From Spirochaetia bacterium (lineage in GTDB: Bacteria; Spirochaetota; Spirochaetia; DSM-2461), in contig OY764216.1 of the NCBI GenBank assembly GCA_963668315.1, positions 3,968,001 through 4,032,000 on the forward strand: a DNA stretch of 64,000 nt, given 5' to 3'. Below the pieces are notes generated by a model. That model saw only the letters and a program-made list of their open reading frames with translations, did no database searches and was not told where the DNA came from. Below, in pieces: positions 29,643 through 39,019 of this stretch (position 1 is the first letter of the stretch; the number at the start of each line of letters is the position of its first letter). The position numbers and the translations under genes were made by a program.

Positions 29643-30512
29643 CTAACCCCTCTCCTTTTCCACAAGATTCCAGAATGCCATGACCAGAGGATTAATTTTC
29701 CGTTTTTTCTGCATGCACAGTCCCACATTATAAGGAAGCAGATCGGGTTTGAAATCGAGTACTTGCAGATGGGGAAAGAAGGGACTCTTCTCCAGAACCA
29801 GCTCGGGCACGACACCTACGCCGCATCCCAGATTCACCAGGGCCAGAACCGCTTCGTTACTATTGACCTGTGAATAGATATTCGGAGAAACACCCTTATT
29901 CCGGAACCATTCGTCCGCCCTGTCCCGGGCGAGCCCCCGGGAGGGGAGTACAAAGGGTATATCCCCCAGATTCTCTTCATCTATGGGAGAAAAATCCGCA
30001 TGGGCGATAAAAAGGAGGGGCGTATCCATTATGGGAAGAAAGTCCAGCGTTTCCGGCATCTCGTCCGGTTTCATGATAACCGACACGTCCACTTCGTTCT
30101 CCGCGACCATCGTCATGGCGTCATAGGCTTCCCCCGTGGCCAGTCTGACGTGAATGGCCCCGTATTCCCTGCGGAATTTCGCGATAAAGGAGGGAAGAAT
30201 ACTGTTGCAGGCCGTGATGGAACCGAAGATGGAGATCTCTCCCTGAAGGGATTCCATGCCTCCGGCGGCCCGGAACTCGAACTCCCCCATTTTATCCAGA
30301 ATTTCCCGGGCGTAGTCCCTGAAGAGATTCCCCCCGTAGGTCAGCCTGACGGAACGGTTGTCCCTTTCGAAAAGCTCGAATCCGAAATTGTCTTCCAGTC
30401 TTTTAATACTGCGGGTAAAAGCGGAGGGGCTGAGTCCGCATTTTTTGGCGGCCCGGGCAAAATGTTCCGTCTCCACCAGTGTAAGGAACTGCTTTAATTG
30501 CTCAAATTCCAT
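29643..30512 (-). CDS. ilvY: LysR-type activator IlvY
   Basis: LysR HTH with FERDNRSVRLT, FGSITAC and LGCGVGVVPELVL; divergent from ilvC. Confidence 0.88.
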   Translation of the reverse strand: MEFEQLKQFLTLVETEHFARAAKKCGLSPSAFTRSIKRLEDNFGFELFERDNRSVRLTYGGNLFRDYAREILDKMGEFEFRAAGGMESLQGEISIFGSITACNSILPSFIAKFRREYGAIHVRLATGEAYDAMTMVAENEVDVSVIMKPDEMPETLDFLPIMDTPLLFIAHADFSPIDEENLGDIPFVLPSRGLARDRADEWFRNKGVSPNIYSQVNSNEAVLALVNLGCGVGVVPELVLEKSPFFPHLQVLDFKPDLLPYNVGLCMQKKRKINPLVMAFWNLVEKERG

Positions 30513-30528
30513 AAGCCGCCTTCCTCTG

Positions 30529-30592
30529 TTGCATATTATTCAATGTTTTTTTCAGTTTAAGGTGTTTCACACAACGAGTATATATGTTATAT
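30529..30592. promoter_or_regulatory. IlvY operator region and ilvC promoter
   Basis: Dyad TTGCA-TATTA-TTCAA (LysR T-N11-A) at 30529-30543, a second weaker half-site TTTCACACAA, and an extended -10 TGTTATATT. Confidence 0.65.
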
Positions 30593-30712
30593 TGTGTTTT
30601 ATACAATAGAGAATAGGGGACTTTCGTTAAAAGTCCTCCTCTTTGCCTAAAAGAGACAGGCCGGCCGGTACAGGAGATTCCTGTTCGCACAGGCAGCCGA
30701 AGGAGATTATGT

Positions 30713-32179
30713 ATGAATTATTTTAACACCCTCCCCCTGCGTATTCAATTGGAAGAGCTGGGACAGTGCCGCTTCATGGATTCGTCCGAATTCAACGGTG
30801 TGGAAAAACTGAAAGGCAAAAAAATCGTTATCGTCGGCTGCGGAGCCCAGGGACTCAACCAGGGCCTTAACCTGAGAGACAGCGGACTGGACGTTTCCTA
30901 CGCATTAAGAGAAGCGGCCATCAAAGAGAAAAGACAGTCCTGGAAGAACGCCACAGAGAACAATTTTACCGTGGGCACCCAGGAAGAGCTGATTCCCCAG
31001 GCCGATCTGGTCCTTAACCTGACGCCGGACAAACAGCACTCCGGTGTTATTGATTCCATTATGCCCCTGATGAAGAAAGGCGCCTGCCTCTCCTATTCCC
31101 ACGGTTTCAATATCGTCGAAGAGGGCAAGCAGATCCGCGACGATATCACCGTTGTCATGGTGGCGCCCAAATCACCCGGAACGGAAGTACGGGAAGAGTA
31201 TAAAAGAGGCTTCGGCGTTCCCACGCTGATCGCCGTTCACCGGGAGAATGATCCCAACGGCGACGGATTTGAAATCGCCAAGGCTTACGCCGCCGGAACA
31301 GGCGGGGACAGGGCCGGAGTTCTTCACTCCTCCTTCATCGCCGAGGTTAAATCAGACCTTATGGGCGAGCAGACCATCCTCTGCGGTATGCTCCAGACCG
31401 GTTCCCTCCTCTGCTTCGACAAGATGGTGGAAAAGGGGATCGATCCCTCCTACGCCTCCAAACTCGTCCAGTACGGCTGGGAAACCATTACCGAAGCTCT
31501 GAAGCACGGCGGCATCACCAATATGATGGACCGTCTCTCCAATCCGGCGAAAATCATTGCCCACGAGCTCTCCGTGGAACTCTACGAGATCATGACCGAT
31601 CTCTATAGGAAGCATATGGACGACATCATGAGCGGAGAATTTTCCTCCACCATGATGAAAGACTGGGCCGCCGGCGACGCCAACCTTCTGAAATGGCGGG
31701 AAGAGACCAATGAGACCGCTTTCGAGAAAACCCCCGCCGGAACCATGGAGATTTCCGAGCAGGAGTACTTCGACAACGCCATCCTCATGACCGCCATGGT
31801 AAAGGCCGGTGTAGAGCTGGCTTTCGACACCATGGTGTCCTCCGGCATCAAGCCCGAATCGGCCTACTACGAATCTCTCCACGAGACTCCCCTCATCGCC
31901 AATACCATCGCCCGTAAAAAACTTTACGAGATGAACGTGGTAATCTCCGATACGGCGGAGTACGGCAATTACCTCTTCGCCAACGCCTGCGTTCCCCTTC
32001 TGAAGGACTTCATGGCCAAGATCGATACGGATGTTATCGGCAAGGGCCTTGATGTGAAGGACGCTTCCGTGGACAACATGAAGCTTGTTCAGGTGAATGA
32101 AGCGATCAGAAGCACCGGCGTGGAAAAGGTCGGAAAGGTTCTCAGAAGCCATATGACCGCGATGAAAGCGATCATCTAA
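30713..32179 (+). CDS. ilvC: Ketol-acid reductoisomerase, long (class II) form
   Basis: [33 protein letters not shown] and AYYESLHE; 488 aa. Confidence 0.97.
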   Translation: MNYFNTLPLRIQLEELGQCRFMDSSEFNGVEKLKGKKIVIVGCGAQGLNQGLNLRDSGLDVSYALREAAIKEKRQSWKNATENNFTVGTQEELIPQADLVLNLTPDKQHSGVIDSIMPLMKKGACLSYSHGFNIVEEGKQIRDDITVVMVAPKSPGTEVREEYKRGFGVPTLIAVHRENDPNGDGFEIAKAYAAGTGGDRAGVLHSSFIAEVKSDLMGEQTILCGMLQTGSLLCFDKMVEKGIDPSYASKLVQYGWETITEALKHGGITNMMDRLSNPAKIIAHELSVELYEIMTDLYRKHMDDIMSGEFSSTMMKDWAAGDANLLKWREETNETAFEKTPAGTMEISEQEYFDNAILMTAMVKAGVELAFDTMVSSGIKPESAYYESLHETPLIANTIARKKLYEMNVVISDTAEYGNYLFANACVPLLKDFMAKIDTDVIGKGLDVKDASVDNMKLVQVNEAIRSTGVEKVGKVLRSHMTAMKAII

Positions 32180-32202
32180 CTGACGGTCTTCACACCGTGA
32201 TA

Positions 32203-32231
32203 ATTCCCCTGCGCAAGCGGGGGATTTTTTT
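32203..32231 (+). terminator. Intrinsic terminator after ilvC
   Basis: TTCCCCTGC-GCAA-GCGGGGGA followed by a T-run. Confidence 0.85.
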
Positions 32232-32263
32232 ATCTGCGGGAGAAAATCATGCCGGAATATCTC

Positions 32264-33217
32264 CTACCTGGTGGTTCCCGGCTCCTTCCTGGCCAGGTTC
32301 AGTGCCGCCCACTCCATCCCCAGCCGGGCAGAATCCCCCAGGGAAAGCCCCCTGCTCAGTCCCGCCGCCACACCGGCCGTAACGGAATCGCCGCAGCCTA
32401 TGGGATTGACCACAGGGGCGTTGACCGGCGGAATTGATTCGACCCCTTTACCGTCAATGACCAGGGTATCCCTCTCCCCGTTCGTCAGGACAAAGCACTG
32501 GCCGTATTCCCTGTTCATCCGCCCGCCCAGTTCGGCAATTTTCTCATACTCCTCTTCTCCCACATCCTGGAGGACGTCCCCTTCATCATCATAGGAGAGA
32601 AGAAATTCGTACATATTGATTTTTACCACGAGAGGAACGATTCCCAGAAGTTCCCGGAGCAGCGGGCCGTGCCGGTCAATGATAACGGGGATTCCCCGGC
32701 GTCCCGCCTCCCCTATGAAATCCTTATAGATAAGGGGGGAAAATCCGGGCGAAGCCGAACCTGCCACGACAAGGAGGGAAGATCCTTCAAGCCGGCGGGA
32801 GAACTCTCTCCTTACCGCCTCCTCCGTCTCCCGGGGGACCGTTTCCCCCTCCTCCACCAGTTCCGTCATGGAGAAGGGATTCTCAGAAAGGAGAGTCGTA
32901 CAGTAGCGTATCGCCGTGGGACCGGGACAGGCGCATACAACAACGCCCTCCTTTTCCATCTCTTTCACGAAATACCCTTCCAGGGGCCCTCCTGTCTGGG
33001 TAATCAATTTCACCGGATATCCCTGCTGGGCCAGGATTCTCGCCGCATTGGCGCCCTTGCCCGATGCATTGAGAAGAGAATCGGCCGTCCGGTTCACTTC
33101 CCCTCCCCTCCAGCCCGCCGGGAAGGAGAGTGTCTTTTGTAAAGTGGGGCTCAATCCGATCACGAGAATATAGTCATCTTTCACAGGGGACTCCTTATTA
33201 TCCAGTCTGCCGTTCAA
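32264..33217 (-). CDS. PfkB/1-phosphofructokinase-family sugar kinase
   Basis: ASGKGANAAR, KIN..EF and NPIGCGDS..AG. Confidence 0.88.
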   Translation of the reverse strand: MNGRLDNKESPVKDDYILVIGLSPTLQKTLSFPAGWRGGEVNRTADSLLNASGKGANAARILAQQGYPVKLITQTGGPLEGYFVKEMEKEGVVVCACPGPTAIRYCTTLLSENPFSMTELVEEGETVPRETEEAVRREFSRRLEGSSLLVVAGSASPGFSPLIYKDFIGEAGRRGIPVIIDRHGPLLRELLGIVPLVVKINMYEFLLSYDDEGDVLQDVGEEEYEKIAELGGRMNREYGQCFVLTNGERDTLVIDGKGVESIPPVNAPVVNPIGCGDSVTAGVAAGLSRGLSLGDSARLGMEWAALNLARKEPGTTR

Positions 33218-34182
33218 TCTTCCAGATTGAGATACGCCTCTTCTTCAGGGCTCAGGTTTATCTCAAGGGATTTGATGTTGCTTTTAAGCCGATTCGGATG
33301 GGACGTGGTGATTATGGGTAAAACCGTCAGAGGCTGATTCAGCATCCAGGCCAGGGCGATCTGGGCTACTTGAGCCTTCTTCGTCTCCGCCAGTTCTTCG
33401 GCTCTTCTCAGCCTTTCAAAATTTTCCCTGCTGCCGTATCCGCGGAAACCGTTCTTCCCCAAAAGCTTCCTACCCCGGGGATAATCACTGCTTTGTATTC
33501 TTCCCGACATCAGCCCCATGGCCAGGCTGGAGTAGGCAAATAGGGGCATCCGGTTCTCCCTGTACCAGAGTCGGGCGTCCTTCTCTTCCGGACCGGCCAG
33601 GGAAACGGAACCGCCTCCCCAGGGTTCACCGCTCTGCTCCGCCAGCCCGAAATAGGGGCTGGATACGGAAAAGGGGATCAGATTATGCTTATAGGCATAT
33701 TCATTGGCTTCCTCCAGACGCTGGTGTGTCCAGTTGGAGGCGCCGAAGGCATCTATCTTTCCCTGCCCGTGCAGTTCGTTCAGGACTTCGACCAAGGGGC
33801 CGGCCGCCTGGTCGGGATCATCACGGTGAAGAAAATATATATCAATATGATCGGTTTTCAGTAAGTCAAGGGACTTCTTAAGATCCTTTTTGACCCCGGC
33901 CGGGGTTACCCTTTTCCGCCCGGTCACGGACGGATGAGCTCCCTTGGTAATAAGGATGACCCTGTCGCGGTTTCCTCTGGATTCCATCCAGTTCCCCAAT
34001 GTCTTCTCGCTGTTCCAGTAGATTCTGGCCGAATCAAAGACATTGATCCCCGTTTCCAGAACCTCATCCAGAAAGGCATAAGTCTTCTCATTAGGCCCCA
34101 GAGCGGAATTCATGGTTCCGTAGACGAGGGGAAAAAGAGGAGCCTTCACAAAGGGGATATTGATGTATTTTTCTTTCTTCAT
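33214..34182 (-). CDS. Aldo/keto reductase
   Basis: FDSARIY, ITKG, DIYFLHRDD, GASNW and AQIALAW. Confidence 0.9.
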   Translation of the reverse strand: MKKEKYINIPFVKAPLFPLVYGTMNSALGPNEKTYAFLDEVLETGINVFDSARIYWNSEKTLGNWMESRGNRDRVILITKGAHPSVTGRKRVTPAGVKKDLKKSLDLLKTDHIDIYFLHRDDPDQAAGPLVEVLNELHGQGKIDAFGASNWTHQRLEEANEYAYKHNLIPFSVSSPYFGLAEQSGEPWGGGSVSLAGPEEKDARLWYRENRMPLFAYSSLAMGLMSGRIQSSDYPRGRKLLGKNGFRGYGSRENFERLRRAEELAETKKAQVAQIALAWMLNQPLTVLPIITTSHPNRLKSNIKSLEINLSPEEEAYLNLED

Positions 34183-34312
34183 GGGGTGATAGTAGCACAA
34201 TGACAGAAAAAAATCACTTGCCCTGCTGCTCCTGTCATCCCATAAAATCCGACTTTGGGATCAGGGAGTGACAGGGGAATCGGAGCTTTTTTCATCTTCC
34301 CCTACTTTCAGC

Positions 34313-34341
34313 TTGCCTTAGGAAAAATCTTTTGCTATACT
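34313..34341 (+). promoter_or_regulatory. Sigma70 promoter of the FGGY kinase
   Basis: TTGCCT-N17-TATACT with TG extension (boundaries approximate, within 1-2 nt). Confidence 0.6.
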
Positions 34342-34390
34342 TTCTTTTAACTTTTCAATACGTTTCTTTTTACTTATCCGGAGGTTTATC

Positions 34391-35890
34391 ATGGAAAAAG
34401 CTGTTCTCGTTTTTGACGTGGGTAAGACAAACAAAAAGCTGCTTGTCTTTGATGAAAATCTTAAAATCGTCGATTCCCTCTATACACGTTTCGACAGTTA
34501 TGAGAAGGACGGCGTCTTTTTCTACGATATGACCGATGTGAAAACCTGGCTTTTCAGCGGAATTAAGGAACTGGGTGCCAAATATCCGATTAAGGCAATC
34601 TCCATTACCACCCACGGAGCCACCTGGGCTCCCCTTGACGGAGAGGGAAATGATGTCATGCCCGTTATCGATTACGTCACACCCGTCCCGGACAGTTTTC
34701 ATGACGATTTCTACAGGGAGATGGGCGACAGAAAGGAACTTCAGAAAAGCACGGCTACCCCGGATATCGGGGCTTTGATAAATCCCGCCAAAGGGATGTA
34801 TTTCATGAAAAAGAATTTCCCCGCCGAATGGGACAAGACCGCCCATATTCTCTTTTATCCCCAGTATTTCGGATATCTGCTCACGGGAAACATGGGAGCG
34901 GAGGGAACCTATGTGGGCTGCCATACCTACCTATACAGCTTTGAAAAGGACGGATGGTCCGCCGTGGCCGATAAGCTGGGCGTTTCCGCCAGGATGCCGG
35001 AAAAAATCGGAAAATCCTGGGAAGTTCTGGGAACACTCTCGGCTGACGCCGCAGAGAAAACCGGTCTGAATCCGGATGTCATCGTCACCATGGGGATTCA
35101 CGACTCCAACTCTTCCCTTCTCCCCTATCTCCTGCAGGAGAAGGAACCGTTCATCCTGAATTCCACGGGAACCTGGTGCGTTCCCATGGTACCCACCGAC
35201 AAAGTGGAATTCAAAGAGGAAGAACTGGGAAAAACGGTATTCTACAACCTGAGCGCTTTCAAGAAACCGGTGAAAACGGCGATTTTCATGGGCGGAGAGG
35301 AATTCGACCGGTATAAGAAGATATTCGATAAGCTCCACGGCAAGAACGATTTCCCCGACTACGACAGGGATATCTACGCGAAAGTAATAGAAGAGAGAAG
35401 GATGTTCATCCAGCCCAGCGTGGTCAAAGGATCAGGCCAGTTCCCCGATACGCCTCCGGGAGTCTGGGAAGGGGCTCTGTTCTATCCCCTCGAAGAGATA
35501 GAGAACGGACGGTTTCCCGCCTTCTTCTCCGACAGGGACATCTGCTTCGCCGTCATCCGCCTTTCCCTGGCCGCCCAGTCCATCGTGGCCTTTCAGAGGG
35601 CGGGATTCACCGAGGGTATGAATATTTTCGTCGAAGGAGGCTTCCGCCATAACCGGGGATATAACACCATTCTGGCGAGTTATTACCCCCAGTCACGCCT
35701 GTTCACCACCAATATGGAGGAGGCGACCTCCTTCGGGGCGGCGATTCTGGCAAAAGCCGCCATGAACGAAGCCGGTCCGGAAATCTGCATCAATGACTAT
35801 ACGATTGAAAAAGAAGAGGTACCCTCCGATGATCTTCCCGGTCTGAAGGAGTACATGGAGGACTTTCTCGCCCTGGTTAATCGATCGTAA
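34391..35890 (+). CDS. FGGY-family carbohydrate kinase (rhamnulo-/fuculokinase-like)
   Basis: FDVGKTNKK, TTHGA, GIHDSNS, STGTW and EGGF. Confidence 0.82.
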   Translation: MEKAVLVFDVGKTNKKLLVFDENLKIVDSLYTRFDSYEKDGVFFYDMTDVKTWLFSGIKELGAKYPIKAISITTHGATWAPLDGEGNDVMPVIDYVTPVPDSFHDDFYREMGDRKELQKSTATPDIGALINPAKGMYFMKKNFPAEWDKTAHILFYPQYFGYLLTGNMGAEGTYVGCHTYLYSFEKDGWSAVADKLGVSARMPEKIGKSWEVLGTLSADAAEKTGLNPDVIVTMGIHDSNSSLLPYLLQEKEPFILNSTGTWCVPMVPTDKVEFKEEELGKTVFYNLSAFKKPVKTAIFMGGEEFDRYKKIFDKLHGKNDFPDYDRDIYAKVIEERRMFIQPSVVKGSGQFPDTPPGVWEGALFYPLEEIENGRFPAFFSDRDICFAVIRLSLAAQSIVAFQRAGFTEGMNIFVEGGFRHNRGYNTILASYYPQSRLFTTNMEEATSFGAAILAKAAMNEAGPEICINDYTIEKEEVPSDDLPGLKEYMEDFLALVNRS

Positions 35891-37382
35891 CTTTCAGACA
35901 GAGCGGATAGGGGGTTGAGATGGCCCCCTCCACTCTGATATGCAGTCCCTCCTCATCCCTGGAGAAGGAGAGGGGCCTGTCTTCATAGCCGAGAAGAGCC
36001 ACATCGGCGATATGTCCCTTGAAGGGTTTGATATTTTTCCCCGGTACATGGCTGCGGCAGATGCCTAGAGAGCGGACGGTCACCCTGCCCGATTCCGGCC
36101 ATTTCATGACATGGGCGTAGACATGGGGCGCTTTGTAGGTAAACCGTATATCCTCGCTGGTATAAGCGCCTCTGTTCACGTCGGTAAATGACCCTTCCAC
36201 AATTTCCGTCGGTCCTTCCCCGAAGGTATGCCAGTATGTCGTATCATAAATCCCCTCTCCGTTAATCTTCAGCCAGCGCCCCATAGCCCTTAATACGGCC
36301 TGGTCCTCGTCGGTAATCCTGCCGTCCGCCCGGGGGCCGATATTCAAGAGGAGGCAGCCGTTCTTGCTTACAATATCCACCAGATCGCCGATGAGGTCGG
36401 CGGGGTTCTTGAAATCGTTGTTCTCCGTGTAACCCCAGGAGTTTTTCGCCACCGCCGTGTCGTTCTGCCATAATCGGGGCGAAATGCCGGAAAGCTGGCC
36501 CCGCTCAATATCATAGACCGCCGTGCCGGGGGCAAAGGCGTCGAACTTGTAATTAATGGCGACCGGGTGTCCCCACTCCACCGACCGGTTATAGTAGTAG
36601 GCGGCGAATTTCTTCAAATAGGGCTTAAAGGCGGCATTCTGAATCCACCAGTCAAACCAGAGGATTTTGGGCCGGTACCGGTCCACCAGCTCGCATGTTC
36701 TGACAAGCCAGTCCTTCAGATGGGCTTCTGAAGGAGGGGCAGAATAGATATCCTCCGTAGCGGCGATGTCCTGGGTGGGATAGATATCCGACGCCCACCC
36801 GTAGGGTTCCCGGAAGCCCTCTTCCAGGCCGGAATCGAATTTACGCCCTCCCCCGAAAAACCAGAAGTTCTCCGCCCGGTGGCTGGATACGGCGAATACC
36901 ATATCCCGGTCTTCCACTTCTTTCTTCAGTTCCCCCAGAATATCCCGGCAGGGCCCCCTCTTCGAGGCGCACCAGGAACTCAGTTCGCTGTGATACATCT
37001 GAAAACCGTCGTGGTGTTCCGCCACGGGCATGACATAACGTGCCCCCGCCTCCCTGAACAGCCCGGCCCATTCGGCAGGATCAAAATTCTCAGCCTTGAA
37101 AAGGGGAACAAAATCGGCATAACCGAACTCCCTGTGATCGCCAAAGGTTTTTCTGTGGTAGTCATATTCCGCCGTTCCCCGGATATACATATTCCGGGGA
37201 TACCACTCGCTTCCAAAGGCGGGAACGGAATAAACGCCCCAGTGAATGAAAATTCCGAACTTGGCATTTCTGTACCACGGGGCTTCGGGATATTCCGCCA
37301 GGGACTCCCATGTGTCCCCGTAGGGGCCCTTTTCAATCACATCTTCTATCCGGGAAATCAAAGCCTCTCTTTTTTCAGCCAT
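35877..37382 (-). CDS. Alpha-L-fucosidase (GH29), no signal peptide
   Basis: AKFGIFIHWG, AEHHDGF, LWFDW, VSKNGCLLLNIGP and NGEGIY; GAGGAGG RBS. Confidence 0.92.
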   Translation of the reverse strand: MAEKREALISRIEDVIEKGPYGDTWESLAEYPEAPWYRNAKFGIFIHWGVYSVPAFGSEWYPRNMYIRGTAEYDYHRKTFGDHREFGYADFVPLFKAENFDPAEWAGLFREAGARYVMPVAEHHDGFQMYHSELSSWCASKRGPCRDILGELKKEVEDRDMVFAVSSHRAENFWFFGGGRKFDSGLEEGFREPYGWASDIYPTQDIAATEDIYSAPPSEAHLKDWLVRTCELVDRYRPKILWFDWWIQNAAFKPYLKKFAAYYYNRSVEWGHPVAINYKFDAFAPGTAVYDIERGQLSGISPRLWQNDTAVAKNSWGYTENNDFKNPADLIGDLVDIVSKNGCLLLNIGPRADGRITDEDQAVLRAMGRWLKINGEGIYDTTYWHTFGEGPTEIVEGSFTDVNRGAYTSEDIRFTYKAPHVYAHVMKWPESGRVTVRSLGICRSHVPGKNIKPFKGHIADVALLGYEDRPLSFSRDEEGLHIRVEGAISTPYPLCLKVTID

Positions 37383-37492
37383 GGCAGCCCTCCTCTCTCT
37401 TTCCATCCATAATAGTGAGTAATATTCTGAGGAAAAAGACAATTATTAATAAATATGTGGACGATATTAACTATATAATAGTAACATTACCC

Positions 37493-38299
37493 ATGACCGG
37501 CCCATTGGATAACTTTTTTGAAAACTTCTCAGTCAGACATCTCATAGGAAACTATAATGCCTGCGAGAAGGATTGGCGGGAAAACGACGTTTCCTACCTT
37601 TTCCATAAGTTCTATTTTTTCACCGGAGGCGAAGGCTTCCTGAAGATAGAAAATGAGATTTTCCGCCCCCGCTCGGGCGACTTCTGTTTCATCCCTTCCG
37701 GAACGGTTCATTCCCACTGGCAGAATCCGGATGACCCGGTTATCCAGTACTGGTCTCACTTTGAGGCCGATCTTCCCGAAGGCCGACACTTTGCCTACCA
37801 CAGAGAGGCTCTCTTCTGCCGGCCCGACAGAGAAACCACGGAAAGGATCTTCTCCCGCCTGGTAGACCGCCGGGAGAATCTCTTCCGGCCTCTGGACAGA
37901 AAAATCGCCCTGATGGGATTAATGAAAATTTATCTGGAACAGGTGGATCCCTCCCTTGTTCTCATGAATGATGAATCGTCCCTGATACACCGGGTCAACT
38001 CCTATATTTCGGATCACATGGCGGAAGATATCCGGCTTGCCGATCTGGCGGGGGCCGTACACCTCCACCCGAACTACTTCGTCTCCCTGTTCAGAAAAGA
38101 AACCGGCTCCACTCCCATTGAATACCTCAACGCCCGACGGCTTCAGAAAGCACAGAGACTTCTGGAAGAAAAGGAAGAACTGACCATTGGCGAAGTCTCC
38201 GGCCTGGTGGGCTTCTGCGACTACCGCTACTTCGGCCGGCTTTACAAAAAACGGTTCGGCCTTCCCCCTTCCCGCCTTCGCGTGAGATTCCGGGGCTGA
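37493..38299 (+). CDS. AraC family transcriptional regulator
   Basis: Cupin N-domain; LHPNYFVSLFRKETG and GFCDYRYFGRLYKKRFGLPPS. Confidence 0.92.
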   Translation: MTGPLDNFFENFSVRHLIGNYNACEKDWRENDVSYLFHKFYFFTGGEGFLKIENEIFRPRSGDFCFIPSGTVHSHWQNPDDPVIQYWSHFEADLPEGRHFAYHREALFCRPDRETTERIFSRLVDRRENLFRPLDRKIALMGLMKIYLEQVDPSLVLMNDESSLIHRVNSYISDHMAEDIRLADLAGAVHLHPNYFVSLFRKETGSTPIEYLNARRLQKAQRLLEEKEELTIGEVSGLVGFCDYRYFGRLYKKRFGLPPSRLRVRFRG

Positions 38300-38339
38300 T
38301 CGGGATGACACAAGCCGGATAGCATGATAAAATCGGCCC

Positions 38340-38798
38340 ATGTTTACAGCAGATAGGGGAGACAGAAAGCTGCTCCTGGAACAGTGGAAAGCCCTGCAGG
38401 AAGGAACGGATACCATAGCCGATCTGGCCAACGGATCGGCCCTCCTCAACTGGTACCTTGACGATATCAACTGGGTGGGTTTCTACCTGTGGAATGAAGA
38501 GCGACAGGAGCTTGTCCTGGGACCTTTTCAGGGACTTCCGGCCTGTGTGAGTATTAAATCGGGCAGAGGGGTCTGCGGAACGGCCTTTGCGACGGGAGAG
38601 ACGCAGCGGGTGGAAGACGTTCACAGCTTTCCCGGCCATATAGCCTGCGACGGGGCCAGCGCTTCGGAAATCGTCATTCCCCTAAGAAAGGACGGAAAAA
38701 TCCTGGGGGTTCTGGATATAGACAGTCCCCTCAAGGGACGGTTTACCCCGGAGGATCAGATTTTTCTGGAGGAATTCGTCAACCTTACAGTTTTGTAA
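38340..38798 (+). CDS. msrC: Free methionine-R-sulfoxide reductase (GAF domain)
   Basis: NWVGFY, GPFQGLPAC, GRGVCG, HIACD.ASASEIV and LDIDSP. Confidence 0.88.
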   Translation: MFTADRGDRKLLLEQWKALQEGTDTIADLANGSALLNWYLDDINWVGFYLWNEERQELVLGPFQGLPACVSIKSGRGVCGTAFATGETQRVEDVHSFPGHIACDGASASEIVIPLRKDGKILGVLDIDSPLKGRFTPEDQIFLEEFVNLTVL

Positions 38799-38845
38799 TG
38801 TTAGAGTAATGTTATGGAAAGCCAAGGGATATATGATTTGAATCC

Positions 38846-39019
38846 ATGGATAGACAAGTAATTAACGAAGATTGCAAGGCGCTGGCCAAACCGGCGGGAA
38901 TGAACCGCTTCATGATTCTTTTTTATTCTCTCATTCTGCTTCTCCTGCCCGACAGAGCAGATATTTTTTCAAAGTTGTTCCGCCTCAAAAAGCGGCCCGC
39001 CGACGAAAGGACTCCATGA
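38846..39019 (+). CDS. Putative 57-aa small membrane protein
   Basis: Below the ORF-track cutoff. It has a hydrophobic core FMILFYSLILLLL, and its stop overlaps the htrA start (ATGA). Confidence 0.45.
   Translation: MDRQVINEDCKALAKPAGMNRFMILFYSLILLLLPDRADIFSKLFRLKKRPADERTP

Noticed and set aside
34229..34277. Imperfect inverted repeat CTCCTGTCA...TGACAGGGG between the AKR and FGGY promoters
   Set aside because: It lies upstream of both predicted TSSs, I saw a single copy, and it matches no RNA family I recognise.
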